From the NCBI RefSeq assembly GCF_034434295.1, contig NZ_DAOTZQ010000001.1, forward strand, positions 31,903 to 95,902: 64,000 nt of DNA, read 5' to 3'. Below the pieces are notes generated by a model, which was not told the DNA's origin, made no database searches, and worked only from the letters and a program-made list of their open reading frames with translations. Source of the DNA: Chloroflexus sp. (GTDB taxonomy: Bacteria; Chloroflexota; Chloroflexia; Chloroflexales; Chloroflexaceae). A program made the translations under genes and the position numbers. The stretch's first letter is position 1. Each line of letters begins with the position of its first letter. Positions 16,725 through 25,339 of this stretch are shown piece by piece.

Positions 16725-17717
16725 CTAATTCCCCGTGTCGGCGAGTGACTTAATATACGCAATCAGTTGGTTAAGCTGATCCTCGCTGATCTGACCCTGA
16801 TACGACGGCATAACCGCAGGATAGCCGGCCACAGTCTTTGCATTCGGATTGAGGATCGACTCACGCAGATAGTTCTCATCAGCCGTGACTGTTGAACCGT
16901 CGTTCAGTTGCTCTGTTGCTCCATACAAACCCTGAAGGCTCGGTCCAACACCTCCACCGGCCATCGCGTGGCAGCCGGCACAACCCAGACTGGTGAAGAG
17001 TTGGCTACCTGCCGCAGCCATTGGATCGCCAAGATTTGCCGTTATCGTCGGCTGGCCAGTATCAATCGAACCATCAGGTAACACCACCGGCCCAGGGGTC
17101 GCCAGCCAGCGTTCGTAATCGGCTAACGGCATTGCGACAACCCGACCGATCATCAGCGAATGTTCGGTACCGCAGTACTCGGCACAGAACAGATGATACT
17201 CGCCGGGTTTGGTCGCCTCAAACCACATGATTGTGTAGCGGCCTGGCAACACATCTTGCTTCACGCGGAACGCTGGAATGTAGAAGCTGTGAATCACATC
17301 TTGCGATGTCATTATCAGCTTCACAGGCTGGCCGATCGGAACGTGCAGCTCATTATTCTCGCGCTTACCGTTGGGATGCTGTACGTGCCACATCCATTGC
17401 TTGCCGATCACATAGACATCCAGAGTGCTTGCCGGCGGCGTTCGCATCTGTACGTACAAAAACGCACCCCAGAAGAAGACCAACATGACCAGCCCCAATG
17501 GGATGATTGTCCATGTCAGCTCCAGTTTAAGGTTGGAGTCAACCGGATTACTTCGATCAACCTTCTGACTACGGTGATAACGAACGATCAGATAGAGAAT
17601 GACAAACGGTAACACCCCGGCAAAAATAAGGCTCAGGGCCACCAGAAAAAAGTAGAGCTGATCAACCTGGGTCGCAAAGGTTGATGCCTGATCGGGAAAT
17701 AATGGAAAATCGCGCAT
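16725..17717 (-). CDS. ctaC: cytochrome c oxidase subunit II with fused C-terminal cytochrome c domain (caa3 type)
   Basis: CuA motif HSFYIP...CAEYCGTEHSLM and a C-terminal CAGCH heme-c site. I prefer the start at ATG 17717 (MRDFPLFPDQ...). The ORF-track start at 17783 would overlap the sco gene. Confidence 0.93.
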   Translation of the reverse strand: MRDFPLFPDQASTFATQVDQLYFFLVALSLIFAGVLPFVILYLIVRYHRSQKVDRSNPVDSNLKLELTWTIIPLGLVMLVFFWGAFLYVQMRTPPASTLDVYVIGKQWMWHVQHPNGKRENNELHVPIGQPVKLIMTSQDVIHSFYIPAFRVKQDVLPGRYTIMWFEATKPGEYHLFCAEYCGTEHSLMIGRVVAMPLADYERWLATPGPVVLPDGSIDTGQPTITANLGDPMAAAGSQLFTSLGCAGCHAMAGGGVGPSLQGLYGATEQLNDGSTVTADENYLRESILNPNAKTVAGYPAVMPSYQGQISEDQLNQLIAYIKSLADTGN

Positions 17718-17763
17718 ACCTTCGTCCTGTCCGGGGGCATTGCCGCCCCAGTCGCAACTACCA

Positions 17764-18603
17764 CTAAGCCGGCACCGATTCACGTGGTGGCGGCAAATTA
17801 CCGCCGGGTGTTGAACGACTCAATGTCACAATCAGCGTAATAATCCCGATCACCGTCAGGACGCCGGCAATCCGAAGGATCGTCATAATTGCCGGAGTGT
17901 AACTACCGGTAACCGGATTGTACTGGTAGCACAGCAGCAAAATCTGATCAATCGCACTACCGACCTTACCAGACGATGCTTCGACAATCCCAAGTCGCAC
18001 ATCAGAGGCATTGAACTCAATCCCAAAGAAGTAACGAGCTGTTTTACCTTCTGGAGTCAGCACAACGAATCCGGCTGCGTGCGCGTATTGATCAATGGTT
18101 TCGTCATAGACATACCTGAAACCAATGGCATCAGCAACACGCCGGATCTGCTCTTCACTACCGGTGAGAAAATGCCATCCCTGTTCGGCATCGGGCCGGG
18201 CATAGCGTTGCAAAGTCAAAGTTTTCACATTGGCCGCCATCATTGGCGTCTCAAGTGGATCAATACTGATGTTGATCACCTGAAAATCACGTCCGGCGGT
18301 AAGTGTCACCTGTTGCAGTGCCGCCAGTACCCCTTCGCGCACAAATGAACAGAGCATGGGGCACTCGTAGTAACTCATCACCAGCACGACCGGCTGACCG
18401 GAGGTGAAGAACTGCTTCAGGCGAACCTGCTCCCCTTGCTCATCGATAAAGACGGCATCGAGCGGCACCTGTTCGCCCATGCGCTGCTCGAAAGCGACAT
18501 TATCAGCCGGATTTGGGCGGCCACCCTGCGCTGACACCACTGCGGGTGCCAGCAACAAGATGGCAAACCAACCAATCAGCGTGATGAACGTCCGGCACTT
18601 CAT
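17764..18603 (-). CDS. sco: SCO1/SenC-family copper chaperone (thioredoxin fold)
   Basis: Signal/anchor sequence, CPMLC (CxxxC) copper site, conserved downstream His, and a C-terminal TM segment. Confidence 0.85.
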   Translation of the reverse strand: MKCRTFITLIGWFAILLLAPAVVSAQGGRPNPADNVAFEQRMGEQVPLDAVFIDEQGEQVRLKQFFTSGQPVVLVMSYYECPMLCSFVREGVLAALQQVTLTAGRDFQVINISIDPLETPMMAANVKTLTLQRYARPDAEQGWHFLTGSEEQIRRVADAIGFRYVYDETIDQYAHAAGFVVLTPEGKTARYFFGIEFNASDVRLGIVEASSGKVGSAIDQILLLCYQYNPVTGSYTPAIMTILRIAGVLTVIGIITLIVTLSRSTPGGNLPPPRESVPA

Positions 18604-18636
18604 GACAACATCTCACGATCTAGTGGTTGACACCGG

Positions 18637-19041
18637 CTACTTGACGGCATCCAGGCCGTGTTCAAGGATTAATTCCATCGCTCGCTCGATAGGAATATGC
18701 GCACGACCGGCTCGTTCATTTACCCAGCCATAACTCTCCAGGCGCTCGGTAGCCTCGGTGATAATCCGATTACCATCAACGCGCGGATTTTGTTCGAGTT
18801 GTGGCGCTGGTGGTAACTGCATCTGCGATACCTCGCTATTCGAGAGAGTATTGCTGGCATCGGTCACCGAACCGGCAGTAATAGCCAGAACCCCCGCCAT
18901 CAGGCCAAAGGCCAGCAGCAGTACAACACCAACCATGACCACGCCCCAAACAACGAGCTGAGCGCGAGCATCACTCACTTCATGATTGAGCGCCAGACTC
19001 TCGGCGGAAGGACCTTCACTTTGGGCATGAGCGTGACTCAT
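18637..19041 (-). CDS. single-pass membrane protein, possible accessory subunit of the ACIII/oxidase module (ActG-like?)
   Basis: ATG 19041 preceded by AGGAG with a 9-nt spacer, giving 134 aa. One hydrophobic helix (LVVWGVVMVGVVLLLAFGLMAGVLAI). It sits between actA and sco. The family assignment is uncertain. Confidence 0.5.
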   Translation of the reverse strand: MSHAHAQSEGPSAESLALNHEVSDARAQLVVWGVVMVGVVLLLAFGLMAGVLAITAGSVTDASNTLSNSEVSQMQLPPAPQLEQNPRVDGNRIITEATERLESYGWVNERAGRAHIPIERAMELILEHGLDAVK

Positions 19042-19054
19042 AGGACTATCTCCT

Positions 19055-19717
19055 CTAGCGATGGCACACGAAACAGTTGGTGAGACGGCCATCGGTGGGA
19101 ATCTGATACTCGATCACCAGTTGTCGCCGTTCGGCCAGTGACAGCGCATTCACATCCCACTCCATATTGAAGACCTCTTCGCGGGGGCGAATGTAGTCTT
19201 CCGGCGCCCGGTGACACCCAAGACACCAACCCATGTAAAGTGGTTGGGCTTTAGCTGCCAACTGTTGCTGATCGATTCGTCCGTGGCACGAACTACAACC
19301 AATACCCTTGGCAACGTGTACCGAGTGGTTGAAGTAGACAAAATCGGGTAGGTCGTAGATTCGGTTCCAGACCACTGGCTTGCCAGTCTGATAACTATCG
19401 CGCACCACCTGCAGCAAGGGGCTGGTTGTCCAGACCTGCGAATGGCACGACATACAGGTTTCGGTTGCTGGGAAACCAGCCGTGGCTGCCTTTTCGACGG
19501 TTGCGTGACAATAGCGACAATCGATCTTTAGTTCGCTAACGTGGTGTTTGTGGCTGAAGGGAACCGGCTGGGCTTTGGCAACTCCTACATCAGTATACCA
19601 TGGAGAGAGGTAGAAGCCGACCATCGCCGCGATGATTCCGATCACCAACAGCACCAGGCCGAAGAGACTGGCCAAAAATATCGCATTTGCATTACGCGGA
19701 AAGATTTGAGCAGACAT
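19055..19717 (-). CDS. actA: Alternative Complex III subunit ActA, pentaheme cytochrome c
   Basis: N-terminal TM anchor and five CXXCH sites (CRYCH, CMSCH, CSSCH, CLGCH, CFVCH). Confidence 0.85.
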   Translation of the reverse strand: MSAQIFPRNANAIFLASLFGLVLLVIGIIAAMVGFYLSPWYTDVGVAKAQPVPFSHKHHVSELKIDCRYCHATVEKAATAGFPATETCMSCHSQVWTTSPLLQVVRDSYQTGKPVVWNRIYDLPDFVYFNHSVHVAKGIGCSSCHGRIDQQQLAAKAQPLYMGWCLGCHRAPEDYIRPREEVFNMEWDVNALSLAERRQLVIEYQIPTDGRLTNCFVCHR

Positions 19718-19741
19718 ACGTCACGTCTCTCGCTCTCTAGC

Positions 19742-20347
19742 CTAGCGGCCGGCTCGTACTTGCTCTAGCTCAGCCTCACTCAACAGGGCAACATCGGCAT
19801 TTTGGCTTAATTGCAGCGCACGTACATATGCTGCAATTGCCCAACGATCTTCGGGTGGAATACGTGCAGCATAGCTGTACATCCTGCCGACACCGTTGGT
19901 GATCACGTCGAAGAAATAGCCTATCTGCACAGTACGCAGTCGATCTTGATGCAGACTCGGCACTGTTATCGGCCCACGATAGGCAATCACTCCTTGACCA
20001 TCACCGACCAGACCGTGGCACGGAGCGCAGAAGGCATTGTAGCGTGATTGACCATGCGCAAGTAGGGCAGCATCTAGTTTGATCTCTGGTGGCAACTGAT
20101 CGGCCAATTGCCCTTCGATCCGTCCGGTCATCAGAGGCGACTCGGGATTATAACTATTGAGCGGTACAGTATTGGCCGGCGGCGGCTGCATCGCCCGGCC
20201 GTCAGAAAAGAAGGTGCTGACATCGTTTGGCTTGTACTTGGGTTGGTCGTACATATCAACGTGACACGCCACCAACAGAAAGCAGAGTGGCAGCCACGCC
20301 AACCGTATCAGCCGGGTCAGGATTGATTTACGAACAGAGTACACCAT
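19742..20347 (-). CDS. actE: Alternative Complex III subunit ActE, monoheme cytochrome c lipoprotein
   Basis: Lipobox-like LLVAC, a single CAPCH heme site, and about 200 aa. Confidence 0.75.
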   Translation of the reverse strand: MVYSVRKSILTRLIRLAWLPLCFLLVACHVDMYDQPKYKPNDVSTFFSDGRAMQPPPANTVPLNSYNPESPLMTGRIEGQLADQLPPEIKLDAALLAHGQSRYNAFCAPCHGLVGDGQGVIAYRGPITVPSLHQDRLRTVQIGYFFDVITNGVGRMYSYAARIPPEDRWAIAAYVRALQLSQNADVALLSEAELEQVRAGR

Positions 20348-20397
20348 ACGCCAATACTCGCTTCTAGTGCTGGCCAGATATACTGGCCAGCTTGCTG

Positions 20398-23300
20398 CTA
20401 CCCTGCATGACTCCCGCCATCGAGTGCCTCGCTGGGATTACGTACCCGTGCCAGATAGCTCGTGCGCGGCTTGAGATTCAGCTCATCGAAGACGGTATAG
20501 TTGTGTGGCTGCTGCTTGATCTGAGCCACCTGACTATTCGGATCGTTGATGTTACCGAAAACAATCGCCTGGGTTGGGCAGACCTGCTGACAGGCGGTGA
20601 CAACCTCGCCATCACGGATTGGCCGATTACCTTCGACCTTCGCCCTGATGCGTGCTGCACTGATCCGCTGCACACAGTAACTGCACTTCTCCATCACACC
20701 CCGATTACGGACTGTCACATCGGGATTGCGCATCAGCTTCAATTTTTCACTGGTCAGATCGCTGTACTGCAAGAAGTTGAACCGACGCACCTTGAAGGGG
20801 CAGTTGTTCGAGCAGTACTTCGTACCGACACAGCGGTTGTAGACCATGTTGTTGATGCCCTCAGCATCGTGCACTGTCGCTGCAACTGGACAGACTAGCT
20901 CACAGGGAGCCTGCTCACAATGCGCACAGGTCATCGGCATCAGGTAGGCTTCTGGATTGTCGAGATCTTCGCCAGCGTAGTAGCGATCAATCCTGATCCA
21001 GTGCATTTCACGACCACGCGAGACCTGATCCTTACCGACAATCGGGATGTTGTTTTCAGCCTGACAGGCAATCACACAGGCATTGCAGCCGATACACGCC
21101 GACAGGTCGATGACCATGCCCCACTGGTTACCAACGCTGTAGTCGTAGCCAGGAAGTGATCCGGGCATCAATGACTGATACTGTGGCTTCTGCTCAGGTG
21201 AACCGTACTTTTCAGTGTAGACCTCTTTGGCAATATATTTCGGGTCTTCCTTAAAGCGGGCAAATTCACCGGCACGTACCACATCACGCCCTTCCAGCGT
21301 CCAGTGATCCTGGGTGCTGACCAGCAGGTAGCGTTCATTGGTCGCTGTTGCACTCACACCGCCGATCAGCCAGGGGGTAGCACTCACGCGCAGACGATAG
21401 ACGTTAAACCCGGCACCGGCGGCTACCCGACCACCACGCTCGCGGCCATAACCAAGGGTTACTGTGATCGTGTCATCGGCATGGCCCGGCACAATCCAGA
21501 TCGGGAGGGACAGGGTACCAACCGGTGTTGTCACATCGATCATGCGACCATTTTCACTGGCCAGACGTTCCAGCGCCTGCTCACGCGCCCGCCCCGGCGC
21601 AGCCAGACTGGCCGGGTCGAAGGGTAGATTGAGCAGGCGAATTGCAGTCCGTGGACTGACAAGGGCCGCATTATCCCATGTCAGCTTCGTCATCGGACGT
21701 GGCAACTCTTGCAGCCAGCCATTGTTGGCGAAGCGACCATCCCAAATCGCCGGATCGGGACGGAATATCAACTCAAGCCCTGTTGAAGGTGCCGGTGCTT
21801 CCAGGCGCAGACCACTCACCAGCGCAACCTGCACAGGGGCGAAGCGCGAACCTTCGATCACGCCTGTGCTCAGAGCACGCTTGAAGAAATCGTCAAAAGC
21901 CGCATCTTCAAGGCCAGTCTGCTGCTGCCAGTAAGCACGCACGATGTCGTAATCGGTCACTCCAATAGTACCATTCAACACTGCCAGCAGCTCGTGTGCC
22001 GAGCGCGAACGGTACAACGGACGGATCAGTGGCTGAACGATGCTCGCTGTACCATCATAGGCACGTGCATCCGACCACGACTCGAGAGGATGGGTCAGCG
22101 GAATAAACCAGGTCGCCAGCACTGCTGTCTCATCTTCGTAGGGATTCAGTACCACGACCTGTTTAGCCTGGCGCATTGCCTCAGCAAAACCCAGGTCTGC
22201 CGGCGCGGTGAAGACGGGGTTGCTGTCAATGATCACCAGCAACTCGACGCTCCCGGTGCGCAGATCGTTAACCAGGGTTACCAGATCCTGCGGATCACTC
22301 GGCTGGGCTACCGGCTCGGTGTACTCCACCGTCGTCCCAACGGCACCGAGCTGAAGATTGATGGCGTGGGCAATCGCGTGCACAACTGGTGGCTGCGCTT
22401 CACCAACCACCACCACCGCCCGATTGCCAGCCCGGCGCAGATCGGCCACCACCGCAGCAACCCACTGCTGCTGAGCTTCGTTCAGACCGGTCGCCGGCGC
22501 AACTGCAGTTACGCCCAACTGCGTCGCGATAGCGGCTGCCAGTTGGCCAACCATACCGGCAGGTACGGCCAAGCGGTGATCGGCAATCGCACCGGTCGGT
22601 GAGAAGACCGGTTCAGCGACGTACAACCGACTCATCGTAGAGGTCTCCGCCCGCACTCGTCGCCGTTGCATCAGATCGCGAGCGTAGCGCACACGACCGG
22701 GGCCTTCGCTGACAAAATCGGCGTCCAACGCCAGCACTACATCAGCCTCGGCAAAGTTATAGCGCGGCTCATACGGCGACCCAAACGCCAACCTGGTTCC
22801 GGCATAGGTATTGCTACGTCCAACCGGATCGTACTGAATCCAGCGTGCCGCCGGGAAATTGGTCAGCAGCTCGTTGATCTGAGCACGGAGCGTCGGCGAG
22901 GTGATCGTCGGGGTCAATAGCCGCAGACCCTGTCCCTGCAACGCACGTTGCGCCTGCAAGGTCTCGGTAATCGCACCAACGAACGTCTCCCAGGGTCTGG
23001 TCAGACCACCACGATACACTGTCTCAGGCCGGTCGGGATCGTACAATGCTAGCAACTCGGCCTGCGCAAACGCATCGGTTGCACCAAGGCTGGCCGGATG
23101 CACAGGGTTGCCTTCGATTTTGGTAGGACGCCCCTCGTGGCTCTTGACCGTCACACCAAGAGCAAACCCGTCGAGCATCACAGCGGTCGCGTAGTAATTT
23201 GGAATACCGGGAATTTGATCACGCGGTGCACGGGCAAAGGGAGCAACCTGCTCTTGCGGCTGTTTGAAGGCAAAGGTACAGCCAGAGAGGCCAGCAAGCG

Positions 23301-23520
23301 CCAACGACGCCCCCATCAGCTTGAGGAATGTCCGACGAGAAACCGGATCAGCCAGTTCACTCGCTCCCTGTGGAAATTCACGAGCAACCAGCTCTCGAAA
23401 GGCTGGCGTATCGACCAGTTGATCGAGTGAACGCCAGAACTGTTTGCCACGCGCCTGCTGTAGTTGGGCGCGAACGGCCTCGATCTCGGGTTCGGCAGGG
23501 TGAAGGTTCATCTCACTCAT
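20398..23520 (-). CDS. actB: Alternative Complex III subunit ActB (molybdopterin-oxidoreductase-like B1 domain fused to 4Fe-4S B2 domain)
   Basis: 1040 aa with a twin-arginine signal SRRTFLKLMGASLALAGL. The C-terminal part has four Cys clusters (CIGCNACVIACQ, CAHCEQAPCELVCP, CVGTKYCSNNCP, CSYC...ACQQVCP). Confidence 0.92.
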   Translation of the reverse strand: MSEMNLHPAEPEIEAVRAQLQQARGKQFWRSLDQLVDTPAFRELVAREFPQGASELADPVSRRTFLKLMGASLALAGLSGCTFAFKQPQEQVAPFARAPRDQIPGIPNYYATAVMLDGFALGVTVKSHEGRPTKIEGNPVHPASLGATDAFAQAELLALYDPDRPETVYRGGLTRPWETFVGAITETLQAQRALQGQGLRLLTPTITSPTLRAQINELLTNFPAARWIQYDPVGRSNTYAGTRLAFGSPYEPRYNFAEADVVLALDADFVSEGPGRVRYARDLMQRRRVRAETSTMSRLYVAEPVFSPTGAIADHRLAVPAGMVGQLAAAIATQLGVTAVAPATGLNEAQQQWVAAVVADLRRAGNRAVVVVGEAQPPVVHAIAHAINLQLGAVGTTVEYTEPVAQPSDPQDLVTLVNDLRTGSVELLVIIDSNPVFTAPADLGFAEAMRQAKQVVVLNPYEDETAVLATWFIPLTHPLESWSDARAYDGTASIVQPLIRPLYRSRSAHELLAVLNGTIGVTDYDIVRAYWQQQTGLEDAAFDDFFKRALSTGVIEGSRFAPVQVALVSGLRLEAPAPSTGLELIFRPDPAIWDGRFANNGWLQELPRPMTKLTWDNAALVSPRTAIRLLNLPFDPASLAAPGRAREQALERLASENGRMIDVTTPVGTLSLPIWIVPGHADDTITVTLGYGRERGGRVAAGAGFNVYRLRVSATPWLIGGVSATATNERYLLVSTQDHWTLEGRDVVRAGEFARFKEDPKYIAKEVYTEKYGSPEQKPQYQSLMPGSLPGYDYSVGNQWGMVIDLSACIGCNACVIACQAENNIPIVGKDQVSRGREMHWIRIDRYYAGEDLDNPEAYLMPMTCAHCEQAPCELVCPVAATVHDAEGINNMVYNRCVGTKYCSNNCPFKVRRFNFLQYSDLTSEKLKLMRNPDVTVRNRGVMEKCSYCVQRISAARIRAKVEGNRPIRDGEVVTACQQVCPTQAIVFGNINDPNSQVAQIKQQPHNYTVFDELNLKPRTSYLARVRNPSEALDGGSHAG

Positions 23521-23599
23521 TTGCGTGGCCAGACTAGATACGTAGCGGATCCAATTCCGCCCTCAAACTTGTGAATTCAGGCACATTTAACCGATCCGA

Positions 23600-23625
23600 A
23601 TTATAACAGAAAGCTACGCTGTCAA
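23600..23625 (-). promoter_or_regulatory. candidate sigma70-type promoter for actB (TTGACA-14 nt-TATAAT on the minus strand)
   Basis: The minus strand reads TTGACAgcgtagctttctgtTATAAT. Both hexamers are consensus but the spacer is only 14 nt. It lies about 80 nt upstream of the actB ATG. Confidence 0.3.
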
Positions 23626-23835
23626 TACCGTATCTTCATACCTTCTGCATCCAGGTTTGGTATCCGCCAGGAATAGCGGAAAACTCAACACTTTTCGGTC
23701 AAGATATTCGCCAGAGGATTGACAGTAGTCGTAGCCAACGAAATGCCGGCATCGTGGCCAGCTGCGGCGCGATCTTTGTGCCTGTTAGTGCAATTATAGT
23801 AGCATACTTTGCGGAAAGTGCGCAACATGAACAAG

Positions 23836-23875
23836 CCCTGTGCAGATCATCTGTTGACACAATGACTGCACAGGG
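23836..23875 (-). terminator. candidate terminator hairpin after glcF
   Basis: 10-bp perfect stem CCCTGTGCAG / CTGCACAGGG, extendable by TCAT/ATGA. On the minus strand it is followed by CUUGUUCAUGUU. It lies 36 nt downstream of the glcF stop. Confidence 0.4.
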
Positions 23876-23911
23876 TTGTGAGAAATCTCTGATAATCACT
23901 GATAGCTGTTG

Positions 23912-25339
23912 TCAGGATGAGGCTGCAAATACTCGATACGATTCATCAAGCAATTCGATAATATAACGCACCTGGACATCTTTGCCCCGGCGGCGCAGTT
24001 CACCAGCCAGTTGGAGAGCACAGCCGGGGTTGGCGGTGGCAATAATCTCGGCACCGGTCGTGAGCGCGTTGTCGATTTTGCGTGCACCCAGGCTCATTGC
24101 CATGTCGGGCTGGGTGACATTGTAGATACCGGCACTTCCACAACACAATGACGACTCCGGCATCTCTTTCAGGGTCAAGCCAGGAATTGCCGTGAGTAAT
24201 ACCCGCGGCGGCGCACTGATTCGTTGGGCATGCACCAGATGGCACGGCTCCTGATAGGTGACGGTGATGTTGAGCCGCCCCAAGACGCTGCGATTGAAGT
24301 CGATACCGGCGAGAAATTCGTGAACATCTTTCACTTTAGCGCTGAACCGTTCGGCGCGTTCCCGCCACGCCGGATCGTCGTGCAAGAGGTGTCCATACTC
24401 TTTGAGTGTGCTACCGCAGCCGGCAGCATTGACGATAATCGCATCGACGCCCAGCCCTTCAAACGCGGCAATATTGCGCCGGGCCAGCTCACGCCCACCG
24501 TCGAGATCGCCCCCATGCGTATGTAGCGCCCCACAACACCCCTGATCTGGCGGCAGAATAACCTCACAACCGTTCTTGCGCAGTACCCGAATTGTTGCTT
24601 CGTGCACGTGGGCAAAGGCAGTGCTCATAATGCAGCCAGTAAGCAGGGCCACACTATAGCGACGTTCGCCCTCAGCGGGAAAAATCTGACCCTTCGGCAC
24701 GCTGTAATGCGCACTGATCGGGGGCAGCATTGCTTCGGTATCAGCCAGACCAAGCAGCTTGAGGAGACCACTCTTGCGGGCCAGCCACTGGATACCACTG
24801 CGCTGGTAGAGACGCATCGTGGTCGAGAAGAGGCGAAATAGCTCCATGCGCTTGAACAGTAACCCGAAGACGGCACCGCGCAAGGCACGCTGCCAGAGTG
24901 GCCGCGGCGGCAATTTCGGTTCAGGTGCACCGGGTGTGGCCGGTGGCCCGGCGTTACCGGCTCGCGCCTGCTCGATCTGTGCCCGGCTGGCCTCGAGAAT
25001 AGCGCCGTACTGCACCCCCGACGGACAAACTGCCTCGCACGCCCGGCAATTCAGACAGAGGCTCATCTGCTCTTGAAACACTTCACTGGCGAGGCTGATG
25101 CGCCCTTCATCAACGGCTTTCATCAGGTAAATACGACCGCGTGGCGAAGCCATTTCCAGCCCGGTTTCGCGGTACGTGGGACACGACGACAGACACAAAC
25201 CGCAGTGAACGCAGGTATTGATGATGTCAGAACTGGGTTTATCTTTGGCGCTAAAGCCGATGAGTGGAATTGTCGGCTGCGCCGATGATGGCGAAGATTG
25301 AGTGACAGTCACAGGTGATTCTCCTCTTGGCTTATACAC
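23912..25339 (-). CDS. glcF: glycolate oxidase iron-sulfur subunit GlcF-like ((Fe-S)-binding protein with two CCG domains)
   Basis: Ferredoxin-type motifs CVHCGLCLSSCP and CLNCRACEAVCP, plus CCG motifs (GCCGALH, LCCGSAG). Confidence 0.85.
   Translation of the reverse strand: MYKPRGESPVTVTQSSPSSAQPTIPLIGFSAKDKPSSDIINTCVHCGLCLSSCPTYRETGLEMASPRGRIYLMKAVDEGRISLASEVFQEQMSLCLNCRACEAVCPSGVQYGAILEASRAQIEQARAGNAGPPATPGAPEPKLPPRPLWQRALRGAVFGLLFKRMELFRLFSTTMRLYQRSGIQWLARKSGLLKLLGLADTEAMLPPISAHYSVPKGQIFPAEGERRYSVALLTGCIMSTAFAHVHEATIRVLRKNGCEVILPPDQGCCGALHTHGGDLDGGRELARRNIAAFEGLGVDAIIVNAAGCGSTLKEYGHLLHDDPAWRERAERFSAKVKDVHEFLAGIDFNRSVLGRLNITVTYQEPCHLVHAQRISAPPRVLLTAIPGLTLKEMPESSLCCGSAGIYNVTQPDMAMSLGARKIDNALTTGAEIIATANPGCALQLAGELRRRGKDVQVRYIIELLDESYRVFAASS

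Noticed and set aside
20392-23537. Long antisense or out-of-frame ORFs inside actB (for example 20392..20898, 21464..21934, 21994..22602)
   Set aside because: They lie within a 1040-aa gene with unambiguous family motifs. Their composition (Arg/His/Thr/Pro-rich) is typical of alternative frames of GC-rich coding DNA.
23620-23625. Treating the TTGACA/TATAAT pair upstream of actB as a confident promoter
   Set aside because: The spacer is only 14 nt, which is far from optimal. It is kept only as a low-confidence feature. I also saw a + strand TTGACA in the loop of the 23836-23875 hairpin, but no gene lies downstream on that strand.
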